Source: Carcharhinus amblyrhynchos (Eukaryota). Taken from it: a DNA stretch of 64,000 nt. The notes under the pieces are model-generated. The model saw nothing but the letters and a program-made list of their open reading frames with translations. It did not search any database and was not told the origin of the DNA. The stretch is taken from assembly GCA_965287045.1 (NCBI GenBank), contig OZ336880.1, forward strand, positions 52,948,001-53,012,000, given 5' to 3'. Shown here piece after piece: positions 1 to 14,800 of this stretch (its first letter is position 1; each line of letters begins with the position of its first letter). The position numbers and the translations under genes are program-made.

Positions 1-1430
1 TTGTATATTGTCGTAAACAGGCTGAATGAGTGACAATACTCTAAGTTCTTGATTTGGGGAATGTGGATGCAGTCTTATTTTAACCTGAGGAAAGCCTGTT
101 ATCCTGGAGATGCTCTGTCTTCCCGCATTGTTGTCTCTCTAGGTGGAAAGTTATACATTTGCATCAGTGAAGAAAGAGTTTATCCCTCATTGCTTCAGGC
201 AGCAATGCTCTGCAAATTAAATAGGCACAGGGTCCTAATTTACAATATATATTAGATCCTAACTAACAGCTTTCATGGGAAACCATGGACAGCTAAAAGT
301 GACATGATTCATCACAGCGCCTGGTATATTTTGGGAAGCGGATTGCACTCAGCCGATCTTGGAGCAAAATTTAGATATCTAATGTGAGTTTTACGGCAGG
401 AAAGTGGGCTGCCATGAGTTCAATTTCTTCTCCTGAGATAGAGAAAGAAACAATGCTGATCCTATTTTTCTAAGCTGGATTTAAACTCACATCTCTGAGG
501 TATTATACACTACATATGTGATTGACTCCAATTCCAGACGAGCACACTGTGTTGCTTCTTTTAACATTTTAAGCTTTAGCTGTGGATTCAAGCTCACTAA
601 CGTTACGCTAAGGCTGTTAAGTATTTCAGCATCAGGTGCAAAGATTTCAGATTTGACACCATATTGCAAGCACAACTGAAATGGATTCTTTTCCATAGCA
701 TATCCATAACATGATTAGTGTGAACTCATTGACATGATAGATTTGTCTAGGACTCATCAGCGCAGCAAAATTGACATAATTTTCACTTCTGAGTGTGAAA
801 TCTCATTGAGACATAAATGTCTCCATTACATTCTTTGTTCTCTTTTGAGAAACCAACATTAATATTAAGATGCAAGGTTTAACATTGTCAAATGCCTTCT
901 GAATGTCACAGTGTCCTTTCAAACCACTAAGTAGCATCTCATTGTTCCTAAGATGCTGCGGGAATATATTGCTTTGAGCCATTCTTATCCTGGAACCAAA
1001 GATCCTCAGTTGTTTGTCAGACTCATGCCTGAGCTCCAGTTGGAGTCCAGCTTGGAATAAGACACAAACCCAGACATGTTGGATCCTGTCCTCATTTAGA
1101 AAATATTGTTCAACCCTTGCCATCTATGACAGAGGGGGCTGAGATCAGGACAAGGAGAACGTTTATACTCTTGCTTCTTGAGTGGGGCAGGAGTGAATCT
1201 AGGATATGATTGGGGTGTCAAACATCAGCAAGGGTGGGTGGTGGTAGATGGTAGGCTGCAATTTTAATAAGGAGATAGAAAAAGCACTCGTGACACAGTA
1301 TGGTTTCAGCCAATTCTGGAAATGGACCAGAAATTGATGTTAGGTACAGACATACATAGTGCTCTAACCGATATGGTGTAACTGAGGTGGCAAGAGTATG
1401 TGAGTGGATATGTTGCCAAAAGACTACTTG

Positions 1431-3235
1431 TTTATTCTTTCATGGGATATGAGCATTGTTGGCATTGCCAATCTTTGTCGTTCACCCTAATTACCCTTAA
1501 GAAAGCAGCGGTGAGCTCCCTTCTTGAATCACTGCAATCCACCAGCTACTATGCTGTTAGAAAGGAGTTATAGGATTTTGCCCTGGTGACAGTGAAGGAA
1601 CAGCAATGTAGTTCAATGTTAGGATGGTGTGCAGTTTTGAACTTGCAGGTGATAGTGTTCTTGTGTGTCTGTTGCTCTTGTCCTTCCCTTTGGTAAAGAG
1701 CATGGTTTTGGAAGGTGCTGTCAAAGGAACTTTAATGAGTTTCGGCAGTACATCTTGTATATAGCTTGCACTGATGACACTGTGCATCAGTGATGAAGGG
1801 AGTGAAGGCTTCAGGCAATGGATGGGGTGTTTTGGATTGTCTCCACCTTGAATGTTGTTGGAGGAGTACTCATTCAGCTTGGTGAAGAGTATTCCATCAC
1901 ACTCCTGACTGGCACTTTGTAAACATTGGAAAGGCTTTGGGGAGTCAGGAGGCGAATCACTCTCCATAAAGTTCCCAGCCTCTAACCTGCTCTTATAGCC
2001 ACTGTATTTGTGTGGCTGGTCCAGTTCAGTTTCTGGTCAATGATAACTTCCAGTTATGTTGATAGTGAGGGGGACCCAATGAGGGGAATGATGTTGAATG
2101 TCAAGGGGTGGTGGTTAGGTTCATTCTTGTTGGAGATGGTCATTATCTGGTATTTATGTGACCTGAATATTACTCGCTATTTATCATCCCAAGCCTGGAT
2201 AATATCCTGGAGTCATGAGTGATACAGAACACTGAGTGATCATCCTGTTTGAACACTCCACTTTTGACCTTTTTGTTGGAGTGATGAAGGAGCTGAAGAT
2301 GGTTGGTCCTCAGACATTACCCTGAAGATCTCCTGATGTGATTTTTTGCACTGAGGTAATTGGCCTTTAACAATCACAGCAATCTTCTTTCTGGTAGGTA
2401 TGACTCCAAGCTGTGGAGAGTTTTCTCCTGACTCCTTCCTCGAAATCCTTTAATGCCACATCCAGTCAAATGCTGCCTTGATGTCAAGGACATTCATTCT
2501 CACCTCACCTGCGGAATTCAACTCTTTTGCCCCTGTTTGGATCATGTTAGTAAGAAGGAGGTCCGGACATGAGTAGTCCTATCAGAGCCCAAACTTAGCA
2601 TCAATAAGAGGTTATTGCTGTGTAAGAGCCACTCAGAGCACCGTTGATGACACCTTCTATCACTTTGTTGATGATCAAGAGTAGATTGATGAGGTGGTAG
2701 TCTGCTGGATTAGATTTGTCCTTTTTATGAACAGGGCATACCACGGCAATTTTACATATTGTCAGTTAGAGCCCAGTGTTGTAACTGTATTGAAATGGCT
2801 TGGCAAGTCTGGAGTATAAGTCTTCAGTACTACTGTTGGGGTGTTGTCAGGATCCATAGCCTTTGCAATATCCAGTGCCATTAGCTATTTTTTGGTAGCA
2901 CATGAAGTTTGCGAATTTGGCTGATGAGTGGCATCAGTGAAGCTGGGGAGCTCAGGTGGAGGCTGAGATTGATCATCTGTTTGGCATTTATCACTGAAGG
3001 TGGTTTAAATGTTTTGGCTTTATCTTTGTACTGATGTCTGCAGTCCCCCATGATTGATGATGGGGAGGTTTGTGGAGTTTCCTCCTCTGGTTAATTGTCC
3101 ACCAAAATTCACAACAGGGTGTGGAATGACGTCAGAGCTTTTTGATCTGATCAATTGTTTGTGAGGTCACTTAACTCTGTCTATTGCATGCTGGTTCCAA
3201 TGTTTGTTGTGCGTTTTAGCAGACTGCACACATGC
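1431..3235 (-). mobile_element. Degenerate 5'-truncated CR1/L2-group LINE (RT region to 3' tail)
   Basis: Starts with the family 3' tail (ttcatgggat...ccctaattaccctt). Minus-strand remnants resemble non-LTR RT/C-terminal coding sequence (ORF 1557-1967: ESDSPPDSPKPFQCLQSASQECDG), with many stops and frameshifts. Confidence 0.85.
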
Positions 3236-3619
3236 TGGCCTGTGCCATATTGGCCTCTCAAAGACCATTTTGCACTTGAGAATCCAGTTGTTCTCTGATC
3301 TAATATGTAGGCCTCATTGTCTAGATGTACATATGGAATGGTCATGCAGATGAGGGTGACATGGAACCATGTCTGAGTTAACACCTTCAGAAGAGAAGAC
3401 ACTCTAAAAAAGCATGGATGTATTAGTTGGAATTATTTGAATTTCACATTGGTTTGAATACTTCCATCCAGAGGAATCATTTATACTGAAAAATGAGTAG
3501 AATTTTAATTGATGACAAACCCACTTACGGGAAAGGCTTGAGTGGACTTTGCTGTGGCTGTTTAACTCAAGAACCAGTATGAGTATCCTGCTTCCAGGTT
3601 TTCTAACCTACCGAAGTGA

Positions 3620-3890
3620 AGGGCATGATCGTTTGTATTGGATATTGCAAAGACTACGGACCCTGACAACATTCCAACAGTAGTACTGAAGACTTATAGT
3701 CTAGACTAGCCAAGCCATTCCAATGCAGTTACAACGCCGGGATCTAACTGACAATGTGTAAAATTGCCCTGATATGCTCTGTCCACACAAAGGAGCTCAT
3801 CTTAGGAAGGAGAAACACTCCAAAAGCTGGTGATTCCAAATAAACTTGTTGGACTTTCGTACTGTGCACAAAAAGGACGACAAATCTTGC
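3620..3890 (+). mobile_element. Internal fragment of the same LINE family, interrupted by a Penelope-type terminal fragment (~3795-3868)
   Basis: Reads roughly K.TDP/GPDNIPTVVLKT..LAKPFQCSYN..KIALICSVH, the region just upstream of RT. The insert contains ctccaaaagctggtgattccaaataaacttgttggacttt. Confidence 0.65.
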
Positions 3891-4499
3891 ACCTAACAAT
3901 GACTTTGCTGAAAGATGCATTATGAGACAGGCAAAGATGGTTCTTATGTTACTATTGAGGTTGATAACAAAATGCCTATGAAGGAATGTAGGTTAGTAAT
4001 GAACTGCAGTGATTATGAATATATTGGAAGTCAGTGTCCCTCAGGAAACCAAATGAAGATGGTACAATGAACAGAATCCATGAGTGTCATGAAATGTTTC
4101 TTTGCCCCCTTTTTCTTATAATTTGTGTCTAATGATAAGGAACTACAGAAAGATGATTTGTTTTATTACAACTGTTAAACATGTCTTTTCAATTTGAGCT
4201 TTATATTGAAAAATTATAAATTGTGAAAATAACATATGAAGCTGACCTGCTACAATGAACCTTTATTTGTGGTAAGTGAGTTACCACAGATGGCAGCAGA
4301 GTGCAATATAGAGCATGTGTGGCACAACAATGGGGTGATATTTTTAACAGAAGCATTATCCCATTTAAAACAAAAGAGTTAATATTTCATTTCAAAGTGT
4401 GATGAGGAATTTGCATTCAATTGCTTTTGTTGTCTGTACGCTCGTACCAGACAGTGCAATATCATCCGTAAGTGAATCATGATTTCTGTACAAATTGGC

Positions 4500-5050
4500 A
4501 TGTCTGCAATATATTGCATTTTTCAATAAGAAATCAATCCAAGGCACTTTATAAGATGATCAAATGATACCCAGCTGGAAGTAGAAGAAAAAGTTTGAGA
4601 GGTGCCTGAAAATTTAGTCAAAGAGATGATAGATTTTAAAGAGGGTTATAGGAGTGGGGGGAAAAGCCACACAACAGAGAAGTTTAGGATTAGAATTATA
4701 GAATGCAGGGGTAGAGGTAATGGCTGTAGGATATGATTCTGATATTAGAGACCATGGGGTACGCCCATTATAGCCTGAAGTGAAACAGCAGCCAGTGGGT
4801 GCAGGCTGAAGTGACTGCAGATGGAACAAGGCTGCAGAGGGATTTGAAAATGAGCACAAGTATTTTGCTGTTGACAAGCTGTGGTCCGGGAAGCTGATAC
4901 AGCTTGGCAGGCTTAGGAGTTGAGCAGGATGTAGCATGGGATTGGAAATGGAAGGCCAAGTTTTGTCGTAGAGCTCAAGAGCATTGATGTAATCAAGCCT
5001 TGAGGTGACAATGGCCTGGAAGAGGATTGCTGCAGCAACAGGATGAGGCC
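4500..5050 (-). mobile_element. Old L2 LINE 3' fragment
   Basis: The minus strand resembles the L2 ORF2 C-terminal motif (..QAIVTSRLDYINALE) followed by L2-type 3' sequence. Confidence 0.6.
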
Positions 5051-5214
5051 TGAACCTGAGTTTAATGTTTCAGGCCTCTTAACTGTGGCCTTAGGCCACC
5101 ACCTCAAATGCACTAACGATGTTGTGTCTTTCAAAAACCAAAGGTGAAAACTCCACCCGCTCTGTTGCCGTATATGCCTATATCATACGGCACAGAAGCA
5201 TCTCGAATAACTTC

Positions 5215-5355
5215 AAGTGCAGATAATTTTGTACTGCAGTCATAATTGTCTAAGCATTTTCAGCACAGCAAGATTCCACAGATAGCAATGTGGTAAATTA
5301 CAGTTAATCTGTTTGTGAGTGTTTTGGTTGTTGTTGGAATGCTGGCTTGGTTACG
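5215..5355 (-). mobile_element. DeuSINE (SacSINE1-like) fragment
   Basis: cacagcaagattccacagatagcaatg is the reverse complement of the segment seen in the 9655-10028 copy. Confidence 0.45.
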
Positions 5356-7877
5356 TCACTTTGTTTAATCAATCAGTAGCATTATTTGGTCCCCAACATT
5401 TTTAACTGAGAGAAAGTAATGTCTTTTTTCCAGTTGTTTTTTATTGAGCAGGTAATGGTTAACATTAAAGAGTTAACTCTACAGCATTTCCTTACTTATC
5501 AGGATATGAGATCATGGTAATCTCCCACCGTTATCTTTGAATGTCAGCTCTGCTGCCAGAGATATATCTCAGGGCAGGACAAGCACTTCTCTACGTGAAG
5601 GAGGGAAAAACAAATGGCCAGCTCACAGAGACCCCTCTCATACTTCTCCTAATAGTTCTGTGGGAAACAGGAGTACACCAGCTGACCATTCTCCTGGAAA
5701 ACTAATAACAGGCAGAGTTCTTATGTTTAGGCAGTGGGTGAAATGCCCACACATTCAGGCAGGGAGTATGCTATTGTGAGAAATGGGTCTCATTACCACA
5801 CCACTATGAGCTGTATGTCCCAAACAGACCTCCTCCTACAGCTGTTTGGCTTTGGCAGTTAAGTCTGGAGTAAGAAGGACAAATCAATGGTGGGGATAAC
5901 CCACCAGGATGACTAATACGTCAACATTCTTGTGAAGGTCGAAGCTGCAGCTGGCACAACAAAAATCACTCTGTGCTTCCCTTTTAATAGGGAATTTTCT
6001 GCTGATTCATCTCATACGGGAGAGTTAGAGCATCCAGCCCTCCTCACCGGCACTCAGAATTGCATCAAATATTGTGTATGTAACGGGGCCAAAATTAACA
6101 TGTCGTGATGGAGCTTCTCCCTGACTTGAACTGGCTGCCCAATAGGTGGCCTCGGGAAATATGGGACTAGGTAGGACCCAAGCAGCAGCATTAAGTGCAA
6201 CACATTTATGATACTATCAGTATTGTCCCATTTCCTGTTGATGGGCCAAGTAAAAGACAATCTTAGTGTATTTTAGAAGGGAAACCAAAAATGGAGTGAT
6301 GTTCGAAAGGAACATTAAAAATTGATTAACTTTTTCATTAATCTGATTGAAGCATCTAATTTGTAAGTCTGACAGGTCCAAATAAATCGTGGTGATGATG
6401 CCAAAATGCAACCCTCTGGAAATAGAATGCGATATTTCGCACACCTTATCCAGAGCACGATTACATGCCTTCCCTGCTCACATCAACACTAATTCTATGC
6501 CAAGTACTCCATGTTAGCAGCATAAGCACATATTAACATCTAGAGTTCCTGTCACTCAGTGGTAAGACCAACCATGAGCACTTTGCAACTCACACATCAG
6601 ATGCGTTTGTTACCAGGCAAGGAAAAATCAGATGAAAGGCGATTCATTATTAATGCCTGAATATTCTCACTAAACAGTTCTGATTATTTCACAAGAAGGA
6701 GGTCAAGGTGCTGGAGAAAGTGATTGAATCAAATAAACCCTCAATCTCTCTCCAAATAGTATTTTCATCCCTATGCATGTAAATTCGTCAGGCAGTCAGC
6801 CTCTAAGCGCACAGGCGAGGTTAATCTGCTATGACTGTTAAAATTTCTGAGATATGCCATGAATGAGGAAGCCATCAGAGTAAACCATGCAATCTATCCC
6901 AAATATATTTTGGGAATTGCAACCTTAAATGTGCTAAAAGTCAAATGCCCAAAAAAGGGGAAGGACATCATTTTCCTAAAGTCCAACAAGATGTCTTTGT
7001 TGAACCATATCATTCATTTGCAGTGTTCTTAACGTAATTGTGGCTAAAAAGTTTTGCTAAACCTCTCAAAAATTGGAAAAATTTATGGAGCTTCACATCA
7101 AATGCAACTTCACCTATTCGACAGCTGAAGTACTTTAATCTCACATTAGGGACTATTTTTTTCTTTCCCAAAAAGATAATTTTCCATTTAAAATAGAGAC
7201 ATTTGCTGGTAAGCACTGGCAGTCTTTGCTAATTGCCTTCCACGTACAAAACAAATGTAAACTTGACACTCCTGAAGAGAACAACTACATGCAAGATCCT
7301 TCATGTGATGTCTATTCAGAACACATATTTGATTTAATCAATACTCTATTGCAAGAAATTTGCAGTATCAAGATTTTGTACTCTCCTATCCAATTTTGAG
7401 GTAGGAATTATTGTTCTGTTTAGCATGAAATAGGCATCAGAGTATACAATATAACGCTCCAGATAGTGTAGTAAAATGTAATTGCGCACACTTCTCCAAA
7501 CTTACAACATGCTTGTTTGCTCAGAAGAGACCTACCTGGAGGAACTTCCTGATTAATGGAACACAATGCTTTGAGGACATCCAAAGGCAAAAAGAGGCCT
7601 GGAAAAGGATACCAAGAAAGGATCAATCAGGATCTAGAGTCCAAGGATCAAACCCCCTGCCTGGAAACACTAGCCAAGTGTGTGGTTGAAGAAGAGGGCT
7701 CTAGGATTGGGCTCGTCAGCTACACAAGGACCCACAAAACCCATCACCAGTGACATGGAATTTCTTAGGAAGACAATCATATTTGTTTGGGAGAGATCGC
7801 TGAAAGAGACATCCCAACTGCTCACTTGCATAGAGAATGATGCTAGCAATGTAGATAACTATTATGTATTTAATATC

Positions 7878-8183
7878 GGGGTGGCATGGTGGCACTGTGG
7901 TTAGCACTGCTGCCTCACAGTGCCAGGGATCTAGGTTTGATTCTTGGCTCAGGTCACTGTGTGGAGTCTGCACATTCTCCTTGTGACTGCATGGGTTCCC
8001 TCTGGGTGCTCCAGTTTCCTCCCACAGTCCGAAAGGCGAGCTGATTGGGTGCATTGGCCACGCTAAATTCTTCCTCAGTGTACCTGAACAGATGCCGGAG
8101 TGTGGCAATTGGGGGATTTTCACAGTGACTTCATTGCAGCGTTGATGTGAACCTACTTGTGACTGACAAATAAACTTTACTTT
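7878..8183 (+). mobile_element. HE1-like V-SINE (tRNA-derived)
   Basis: tRNA-like head ggtggcactgtggttagcactgctgcctcacagtgccaggga, V-domain gggttccctctgggtgctccagtttcctcccacagtcc, and tail ending aaataaactttacttt. Confidence 0.9.
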
Positions 8184-9654
8184 ATAATTGTTATGAAATA
8201 TATTCCTCTGTTAATCAGCCTTGTACTTTGAACTATTTTAAGAATAAGTGGTTTGTGTGAAAATGCAAACTGGTGAAGACAAGTAGATAATAGTGAGGGA
8301 GCCCTGCAATACCAGTATATGTAATATAGTTAGTTGAGTAAGCAGGAGCAACAGATATTTAAAGAATAAGAACCTGCCTCCTGTAACTACCATTGCCAGG
8401 TCTTTGAAATATTAACGTGTTTCTTTTTAAAAAATGCAGAACTATAGGTCTAATTAGGCGGGGTTTAATTGGTCTATTCATGGACTCTCTGGCAGTTCTG
8501 ACAAAAACATGTCTAGCACAACCCAGCCCTCTTACTCTATCTGCACTTGTTATTTCACAAAATGCACCACAATCTAGGGCGAAGCTTCACCTTTGCCTGA
8601 TATGTTCTCACTCAATCGCTAGGAGCATGTGCCAGCCTTGAAGGCAGCCATTCCTATAAAATCCCAACAGAAATGTGCAAACTCTTCAAATTTAACAAAT
8701 TTGCAATGAACGGTGACTGCAATTTGAAAAAAGTGAAAGAAAATGTCACTGAGTCGTCATTAATGAGTGTCGACATACCCACCACCATTGATTCTTTAGA
8801 AATGCTGACTGAACATTATATGGATATTGTATAGAGTTTTAAAAATATTGATAGAGGGTCAATTGGCTCTATTCTCATTTCCTAAGACTAAAACTATTTT
8901 TGGTCCAAAAGCAAGCAAACTGCATTGTAGCTTGCTTTTTATTGCCCTTCTGAGTCAGTGCTGAAGCAAACTGCACTGCAATAGCTTTACTCCATCTACT
9001 GAAATCTCACGTTAAATCCTGGGGGAGGGATTTTGGTGGGGAGGTGAATGTCGATCACACGCAAATGATGCACTGCCCTCATTTAACTGTGCTCCACACA
9101 ATTTGCTTCACCGGCAAGACTCCAACATAGCTAAGAATTTAGACAAGAACTGAAAGGAATCACAAAACATTCTTCTCATGTGCTATTTTATTATTTCAAC
9201 CTCCCCATTGAAGAAGTTCAGAATACAATGAATTAACTGGGACTTCCCTCAAGAATAGAGGATTCAACAGAGAGAAAAATAAAACTGGAGCCAAACTCTT
9301 GGGTCAAAGAGACCAGAGATAACTATCACAATCTGGTATTCATAAGCAGAACAGAGAGTCGTTCACTGGCAAGCAACAAAGCACCTGGCTTGCTAGTGGT
9401 GGATCACTGCCAATTAAGATGCTTAGCCAAATAAAAGAAGGTTAATGATCTCAATAGATTGGTTACTGGTAGGAACTGTGGAGCTGGGCTCAGAGGGTAA
9501 AGTCCTATGCAACATGATGGTATTTAGTAAACTAAAATACCAATGGATTAGTCATAAATGTAAAATAATTATAGTTTCCAAAGGTAGGAACAGGCACGGG
9601 CCATTTATGCCATTGAACCTGTTCTGTCTTACAGCTGATTTATGTCTTAATCGC

Positions 9655-10028
9655 ATGGTAATGCTCTTGCCTTTAAGTCTCTGGGTTAAAGTCCCACTCT
9701 AAGACTTGAGTACGCAAATCAAAGCTGATAATCCAGTGTATGACTGAGACATTTAATTGAGGCCTCTTCTGCCTACTCAGGTGGAATGTAAAAGATCCCA
9801 TGTCAGGTATGAAGAAGGGCAGGGAAGTTATACCAGATGACCCGGCCAATACTTATCACTCAATTCCACATCATGAAAAATCTGGTCGCAATTATCATTC
9901 TGCTTGTGGGAGCTTGCTGTGCAAATACTGACTTGTCACATTTTCTACATTGCAACAATGGCTACACTTCAAAAAACACTTCTTTAGATGTAAAACACTT
10001 TGCGATGTCCAGTGAATGTGAAAAACAC
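9655..10028 (+). mobile_element. DeuSINE (SacSINE1/AmnSINE1 superfamily)
   Basis: Deu-domain-like core ctcaggtggaatgtaaaagatcccatg..gaagaagggcagggaagtt..ggccaatacttatc, then the tail tgtgggagcttgctgtgc..ctacacttcaaaa. Preceded by a short CR1 3' tail (9570-9655, minus). Confidence 0.8.
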
Positions 10029-10029
10029 T

Positions 10030-10143
10030 GGACAGAATTTCCCCATCCTGCCAGCCACGGGAATTGAAGCAGATGAGGGCAAAGTCCATTGACCACGAGC
10101 ATTTCCGGCCTTGGGGACGAACATTGCTGGAAAATCCTGCTTC
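10030..10143. mobile_element. Short MITE with Harbinger-type TIRs
   Basis: Starts ggacagaatttcccc and ends ggaaaatcctgcttc; similar to other GGGY(G/A)GAATT-terminated elements in the window. Confidence 0.5.
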
Positions 10144-11889
10144 ATATCCATGCAAGTATTTCTTCATTTATTGACCTACCTTCATTTCATAGTCCCTAAT
10201 TTAACAATAAGCAATTTGATTCCCACTCTAAATTACCTGTGCAAAGTGAGCTGGAATAGTTTTTCTATAGTAAAGGTGCTACATAAATGCAGATTGTTAA
10301 CAATCATTTAAAATGTGAATTTTTTTGAATTACTCGCAATTATGAAAACACAAAGGCATTAATGGGACAAATAAACTAAATAAATATTACAGAAAAATGC
10401 TGGTGAATCATCAGCAATTGTAAACAATTGCACAAATATATGCTGGATATTTTTGAAAATATTTGTCATGAATACAATAAATTATTTTAGCCTCTTTCTT
10501 TCAGAATCAAATTATATTGCCCAAAGCAATTGATTGTAACTGTTCCATCTCAGTATGTGCAGTGATGATGGGTATCAGTATCCTAGTATCACGTGGACTT
10601 TTTAAGGTCAAGGTTCACAATCAGAAGAGAAATCCAGTGCTTATCCACTGCTGGAATCTTGTTTTCAGATTGAGCCAGATCAGAGGACTACGGCTGTTAG
10701 CTGTTATTAAATGTATTCCTACAGGTTCCATCAGGTGATTTGGCCCCATGCTCTGGCCAATAGTCGGCCAATGCATCCATCCTTCTGATGCACTGCCTTC
10801 CTATGCCTGTTGGAAAGCAAACAGACTCAATGTGTATTCGATGATGCTTGACTGTTAGTCAAACAGCCTTCCCTGAAACCTGCACCATCCCCCCACCAAC
10901 CCGTCCGCCTAGCCACCGACAAAACCTATTTTCAATATTTGTACATCTGGTAAAGTAAAATGAACAAAGAAAATGAAATGGACATTCTAATGTCCCTATG
11001 ATTTTTGTCCAGGGTTGCACACAGCCCTGGAGGCGATCTTCAATTTCTGGAGTTCCTATACGGGGTCAGTTGCATCAACAGAAGTGAGCAGCCTCTTTTA
11101 CAATGACTGAGCTCCAAACAAGTTCTGCACAATCGCAACCACCAAACTAACTGATCAAGCTACAGAACTTCCATAAGTTTCTGAAAGGATGTTATCCCAG
11201 AACCAGCAAGGCCATGGGTACATGTTAACTGATGCATTGAAGTTCATCTCATTATACTGGCACTTACAACGTGGTGCACAACTAAATTCTGTTTCTAACA
11301 CTTCATATGACAGATAATGTTAACTATGTATCATTAGTTAATTAAAGTACTTATTTTTCAAAATGTATTCCAAACCAACATTTTGTTGTGTATTGCACTG
11401 AGAAAAGATAGTATATGGACTCACAACAAACAACTTTACTCACACTTCCCAAACAGAGAGGGCAATATAACAAAATATTTAGATCTTGCAGCATACCCCA
11501 CTCCCTCCCCATTTTAAGACTATATACATTAAAATGTAAAATGGTACATGTGCATAAGTTCCCAGAATACAATATGACTAAACCAATATCAATAATACTT
11601 AAAAATTTAACAAGTTATTGTCATCACAACTAAAGGCCAAAACAAACAGAGTAATTTACATGTAACAATATTTTTGTTTAACAACATTGATACTTTAATA
11701 ACGCTATGGTATCTCTTTGGATCTGGTCCCAGGATACCCTGGGTAATGGTCCTTTTGGAGTAGCTGATTTATTAGAAGTAGACATAGCTATCCATTAAAA
11801 AATGTGTACATGATGGGTCTGAGGTGTGGGGGCTGGTGGAATGCTTTATGTTTTAATCTTTAAACTTTGGGCATAATGCTGGAGCCCTA

Positions 11890-14800
11890 AAATAGATCTT
11901 CTTTCCTCTGCCAGGGGCTCTCGTCAATTCTCCTGGGGTTGCTCACCCTGACTTTTAATCCAGGCCGCCCCCTCCTCTCCTCATCACAGGCTTCAGGGCA
12001 TAGCAGTCTGCAAGCTGACTCCACGCCTGCTGTGGATGTTGAGGCTGCACAAAAGGGTAGTTTAGGAAAGTTAAACGCAGAATAAATTGCACCTTTTGTA
12101 AAAGGGTATGTGAATGTAATGGTCAGATGAAAGCATTCTGGTTTGGATCTTCGCAATCCTCTTATTCTGAGGTTCAGCACTCCTCACAAACTGTGTCTCC
12201 TTTTAAGATTAACATTCAAGTGATGCCAGCCTCAGGGCCACTTGATACTGAATCCTTGTGTGTTGTCTGGGAGAAGAAAAATTCTTTATTTGGAGTTTAT
12301 GATGGGTGACTTCTCAATCCTTAGTCTGCAAGGGACGCAATGGCTGTGGAGGGTTCATCAGACATAGAAACAGAGACACTGGGAGCAGGAGTAGCCCATT
12401 CAGCCCTTCAAGCCTGCTCTGCTATTCATTTTGATCATGGCTGATCATCAAGCTTTGCTGGACAGAGTGAGACACTGATGACCACAGCTAAGATCTGACC
12501 CTAGCAAGCCGTGAGCATTTAAGACCCAAGTGTAAATGCAGGACCCATCCTCTCAGCGATGGTTTAGCTATTCCTTCAGTTATCACAGAATGGCTTGGAG
12601 CGCAAGAGGAGATGTCTCCTAATGATCAGGCTTAGTTTTACTCCTCTTAAAACCTGTTCATCTTTGACCCACCACATGATCATGGTGTTCATGTTGTCCC
12701 TCAGCATATCCCTGGATTCCCTGCATCTCCTCATCTTCATCTTCTGAGGAGAGCTCTTCCTCCTCCAGTTCACCCTCTGGCAGGGCTTCAGCATAGTCAG
12801 ATTGTGAAGGGTACAGCAAACTGCAGTCATGCAGCAAATTCTCTCTGATGTGAATTGCAGAGAACCACCTGAGCGTTCCAACCATCTGAATCATCTACTC
12901 AGCAGTTCAATGATCTGCCCTATGCGGGAACTTGTAGTGGTATGAGTAGTGTTGTACCTTTCCTTGGCTGGAATCATGAGCCAGTGTCTAAGTGGGTAGC
13001 CCTGATCCCCAGTAGACTTTCTGACCCCTTGAAGATCCCAGTAATCTGGGAATGGCTAAGGATGCTATAGCAACTCCCAGGGAACCATGCTCACACATGC
13101 AGTATTCCCTTTTGATGATTGCACATCAACTGCACATAGACGGAATGGAAGCCCTTGTGGTTAAGGGACATTAAGGACTGCTGCCGGGGAGCCTGTATAG
13201 CCACGTGTGCGCAATCTATTGTTCCCTGCACCCTAGACAACTCAGATATAGCTGCAAAGTTTGTGAATCTCTGAGCATGGTGATTTTCATCCACAGCAAA
13301 GTTCCCAAAATGATGAGCCCTCTTGTCAAGAGTATTGGTCACCTCCTGAATGTACCGATATGTTGCTGATGTTGAAATGCTGCACAGGTCCTCAGTTACT
13401 CCCTGCAAAGACCCAGAGATAAAGAAATTAAGTTCTACCACCAGCTTCAGGGCCACTGTCAGGGTCAAGCCTCCAAATCCACATGGTAGAAAGGAGACTC
13501 ATAGACAATAGACCCTTGGTGTTACCTGTCGTCTCTGGAGTCTGTGTCTCTGCTTCTCATCCTCCTCATGGTGCTCAGACTCCCCCAGTACCTCCGGCTG
13601 GAGCTGAGCGCGCAGTCGCCTTTCCTTCCTACTTCAAATGAGGATTCATAGAAAAGCTCCTTGAACCATTCCATCCATTCTCACCTTTGCCTTCTCTCTG
13701 AAAAGAGATATTGAAGATTTGAATGGTTAAAAGGTGGGAACGAGAGATCAAAGGGAGAAGTGGGGCTGCTAAACTTTGGCACCTTAGATCACATTATTCC
13801 TCATTCTCCCTTACCCCTGGGACTCCAGCACACACTCAGAAGTGAGCAACATTCCATTCCACAGGTCCCATGGGGGCAAGAACTTGTGCATTATCTCACT
13901 GAGCCAATATGACTGCAGTCCACTCATTGGTTTGGCATAATTTTGAACATTCATTTGATCCTGGGAATGAATGGAATCTGTTTTGGCCACTGACGAATAG
14001 CATTAATTGTCAACCCATGACTCCCCTTCACTGATAGGATGGTAGAATCAATGCAGCTGTTTCCCCTTCACTATAGCCTTCTCTCCCTAGGACTGCATTC
14101 CTGTCTCCTGTAATGTAGCTTTTCCAAACTTGATGTGAGCCTATTGAGTTGTACAGATCCCTTTCAAAGTTTAGTATTAGAAATCTGTCTTGCTCTTGTT
14201 TCCTGGGCAATGGGCTGAGCCCCGTGTAACTGACTTGTCCAGTGTAGCAGCAACAAGTGAGTATGCATTGCAAGAAGGACTATTGGGGACCAGTTTTGTG
14301 GTCCTCCCACATTTCATCATGCCCCTTTCAGACAGAACCAATCTTACTTTCAATTTTGGAAGACCCCGTTTAACTTGTATGTCGAGATGGTGATGGAGTA
14401 TCTTTATTACAGGACAGAGTTCAACCCTCCCTCCCTCATTAACCACGTCTCTGATTAACCTGCAGCCTCACAATATGAAAATAGAGCTGCCATCTAATAT
14501 TCTGCAGCCTCACCCACTAATACTGGATCCTGTCATTGTGGTGGTGGACATTAACACACTCTCCACCGAGTCCATCAGCTTCAAGGTGCCCATGCCTCAT
14601 GCTGGCATATACCCACTCCATCTGGAGGCTTTGTGTGGAACCGGGGAAAGGAGACCCCTGTAGTCCCCAACCCCAGGTACCGTAGTGATCCAAGTTGATG
14701 TAACAGGGGGTCCAAGGTCCAGCAGCAAGATGCCATCCATTAAGACCAGTTCAGCATGGAAATAGAGGGCAGGAGCCAGTCTGCTCCTGCAGGCAGCTGT

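Noticed and set aside
4282-4299. CTCF site (accacagatggcagca)
   Set aside because: Three mismatches in the 5' half of the core; too weak without data.
7878-7960. tRNA gene
   Set aside because: It is a SINE head continuing into the V-domain; the same applies to the other tRNA-like heads.
12590-13690. Domesticated HARBI1 gene
   Set aside because: Frameshifts, deletions, a TIR and a Myb partner indicate a dead transposon copy.
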